From a virus (taxonomy: Duplodnaviria; Caudoviricetes), in the IMG/VR virus record IMGVR_UViG_3300025111_000009, positions 1-26,422 of that record: DNA of 26,422 bases; one strand, written 5' to 3'. The position numbers and the translations under genes were made by a program. Below the pieces are notes generated by a model. The model saw only the letters and a program-made list of their open reading frames with translations. It was not told where the DNA came from and ran no database searches. Below are positions 25,139 through 26,422 of this stretch, one piece after another (positions within the stretch are counted from its first letter, which is position 1; each line of letters begins with the position of its first letter).

Positions 25139-26422
25139 ATGGCTTTAACTTATGGATTTTATAATTCATTAAACCAGGACCGTCTGTATAATGCCGAACA
25201 TTTTAGTGCAATGCTAAATGGCGTAATAAATGATGGTGTGTTTATGGGCATTGGTGACCAACTAATGGTAATCCCAAATTCAACTCTCGGTGGAATGAAT
25301 ATTATTGTTGGATCAGGAAGAGCATGGTTTGATGGAACCTGGACAAATAATGATGCAGATTATCCCTTGGTTGTTCCAGCTGCTGGTGTTTCTTTACATA
25401 GAATTGATGCGATAGTTCTCGAAACAAATAAGTTGGAAGAAGTTCGCGCTAATTCAATTAAAATTGTAAGTGGTACACCTGGCTCCTCACCAGCTGAACC
25501 AACACTAACAAATACTGAAACAGTTAATCAATATCCATTAGCTCTTATTTATGTTGCGGCAAATACTACAACAATAACGGCGGGTATGATTACTAATAAA
25601 GTTGGTATGGCTTCATGTCCATTTGTAACTGGTATTCTTGATACAATGAGTATTGATAGTCTTATTGCGCAATGGGAAAGCGAATTTGATACATGGTTTA
25701 CCAATTTACAGAACGAATTAGATTCAAATCAGGTAACCAACCTTCAAGCTCAGATTGATGCTCTAGAATTAGTTCTCGGACCACCATTGGATATTGCCGG
25801 TGCAATTCATGCTGATGGCAATATTGACACGGATTTAAATTTGATCGCCGATGGTAATATCACAGCAGCAACGGGGGTTGTAACTGGTGGAACGGTTGCT
25901 TCAAATGGCGCCGTTACAGCCGCTGGTAATATTTCTGGAGTTGATATTAATGCAAGCGGCGATCTTCATGCTGGTAGCGGTCTTATTGTTGGAGCTTCGA
26001 GTGGCGCTGTTGATAATGGCGTCATTGAATTGGCAGAACAAGTTATTGCACCATCGGCAACCGCAAATCGTATGAAACTGATTAACGAAGGAAACAAATT
26101 TATAGCTGTTGATGAAAACGGTTTAAAACACGTTATAAATGGAAAAATGGGTGTGACTTTAGTTATTGACAATGGAGCTGAGGTTATTACAACTGGAACC
26201 AAAGTTACAGCCGAATGTCCTTATGGAGCCGAATTATTAACATGGACCATAACATCTATGGATTTAACATCTGGAAGTATCTCTGTTATCTTAGAAATTA
26301 TTTCATATGCTAATTTTTCAGGTGGAACTTGGACGACATTAGGCACTTTAACCATGACCTCGGCCGTAAAAGCAACTGGAACCTTCTCGGCTCAATATTT
26401 AGCAGAAGGTTCGATAATAAGA
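25139..26422 (+). CDS. Upper baseplate/receptor-binding tail fibre protein, 3'-truncated by the window edge
   Basis: RBS GAAGGAG and ATG 25139. The frame is open for 428 codons to the end and is absent from the ORF track because it has no stop. MALTYGFYNS...DRLYNA, GSGRAWF, RIDAIVLE, QYPLA, then a coiled coil, A-x-GNI beta repeats (about 25800-25985) and a C-terminal beta domain. Confidence 0.88.
   Translation, partial: MALTYGFYNSLNQDRLYNAEHFSAMLNGVINDGVFMGIGDQLMVIPNSTLGGMNIIVGSGRAWFDGTWTNNDADYPLVVPAAGVSLHRIDAIVLETNKLEEVRANSIKIVSGTPGSSPAEPTLTNTETVNQYPLALIYVAANTTTITAGMITNKVGMASCPFVTGILDTMSIDSLIAQWESEFDTWFTNLQNELDSNQVTNLQAQIDALELVLGPPLDIAGAIHADGNIDTDLNLIADGNITAATGVVTGGTVASNGAVTAAGNISGVDINASGDLHAGSGLIVGASSGAVDNGVIELAEQVIAPSATANRMKLINEGNKFIAVDENGLKHVINGKMGVTLVIDNGAEVITTGTKVTAECPYGAELLTWTITSMDLTSGSISVILEIISYANFSGGTWTTLGTLTMTSAVKATGTFSAQYLAEGSIIR

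Larger units (their letters stand above)
1..26422 (+). mobile_element. Siphovirus (Caudoviricetes) packaging, head, tail and lysis gene region
   Basis: Contiguous co-oriented terminase, portal, protease-capsid, major tail, tape measure, Dit and hub genes. No sheath gene. No host or integrase genes in the window, so prophage versus free phage cannot be decided. Confidence 0.97.

Noticed and set aside
1-26422. Stop-codon reassignment, introns/inteins, tRNAs or a diversity-generating retroelement
   Set aside because: TAA, TAG and TGA all end full-length genes, terminase and portal are uninterrupted and of normal size, and no tRNA cloverleaf or reverse transcriptase was seen.

Overview
The whole window is the left, virion-morphogenesis arm of a tailed dsDNA phage (siphovirus morphotype) with AT-rich DNA, the standard genetic code and all convincing genes on the + strand. 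Gene order: putative genome-end palindrome and long RNA-like hairpin, conserved gp1, HNH endonuclease, head-tail connector, GH25 endolysin, a four-gene fibre cassette (tandem-domain subunit, small protein, 18-repeat protein, adaptor), holin, a second structured intergenic element, metallophosphoesterase, three paralogous proteins with an H-x-G-x-x-G-M-K-W-G motif flanking the large terminase, portal, fused prohead protease-major capsid protein, head and tail completion genes, major tail protein, chaperones, an SH3b protein, a holin-like protein, tape measure, Dit, ReqiPepy6 Gp37-like hub, a degenerate GH25 protein and a truncated baseplate/receptor-binding protein. From memory the layout resembles the Pepy6/Mudcat/Rima-type siphoviruses and their uncultured relatives; the host cannot be determined from this window. 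The main leads are a candidate capsid-cargo signal with His-directed maturation, a candidate repeat-templated fibre, two structured RNA candidates with complementary SD/anti-SD segments, and two nested internal starts for the capsid protein. Family assignments come from motif recognition by eye, not from database searches.
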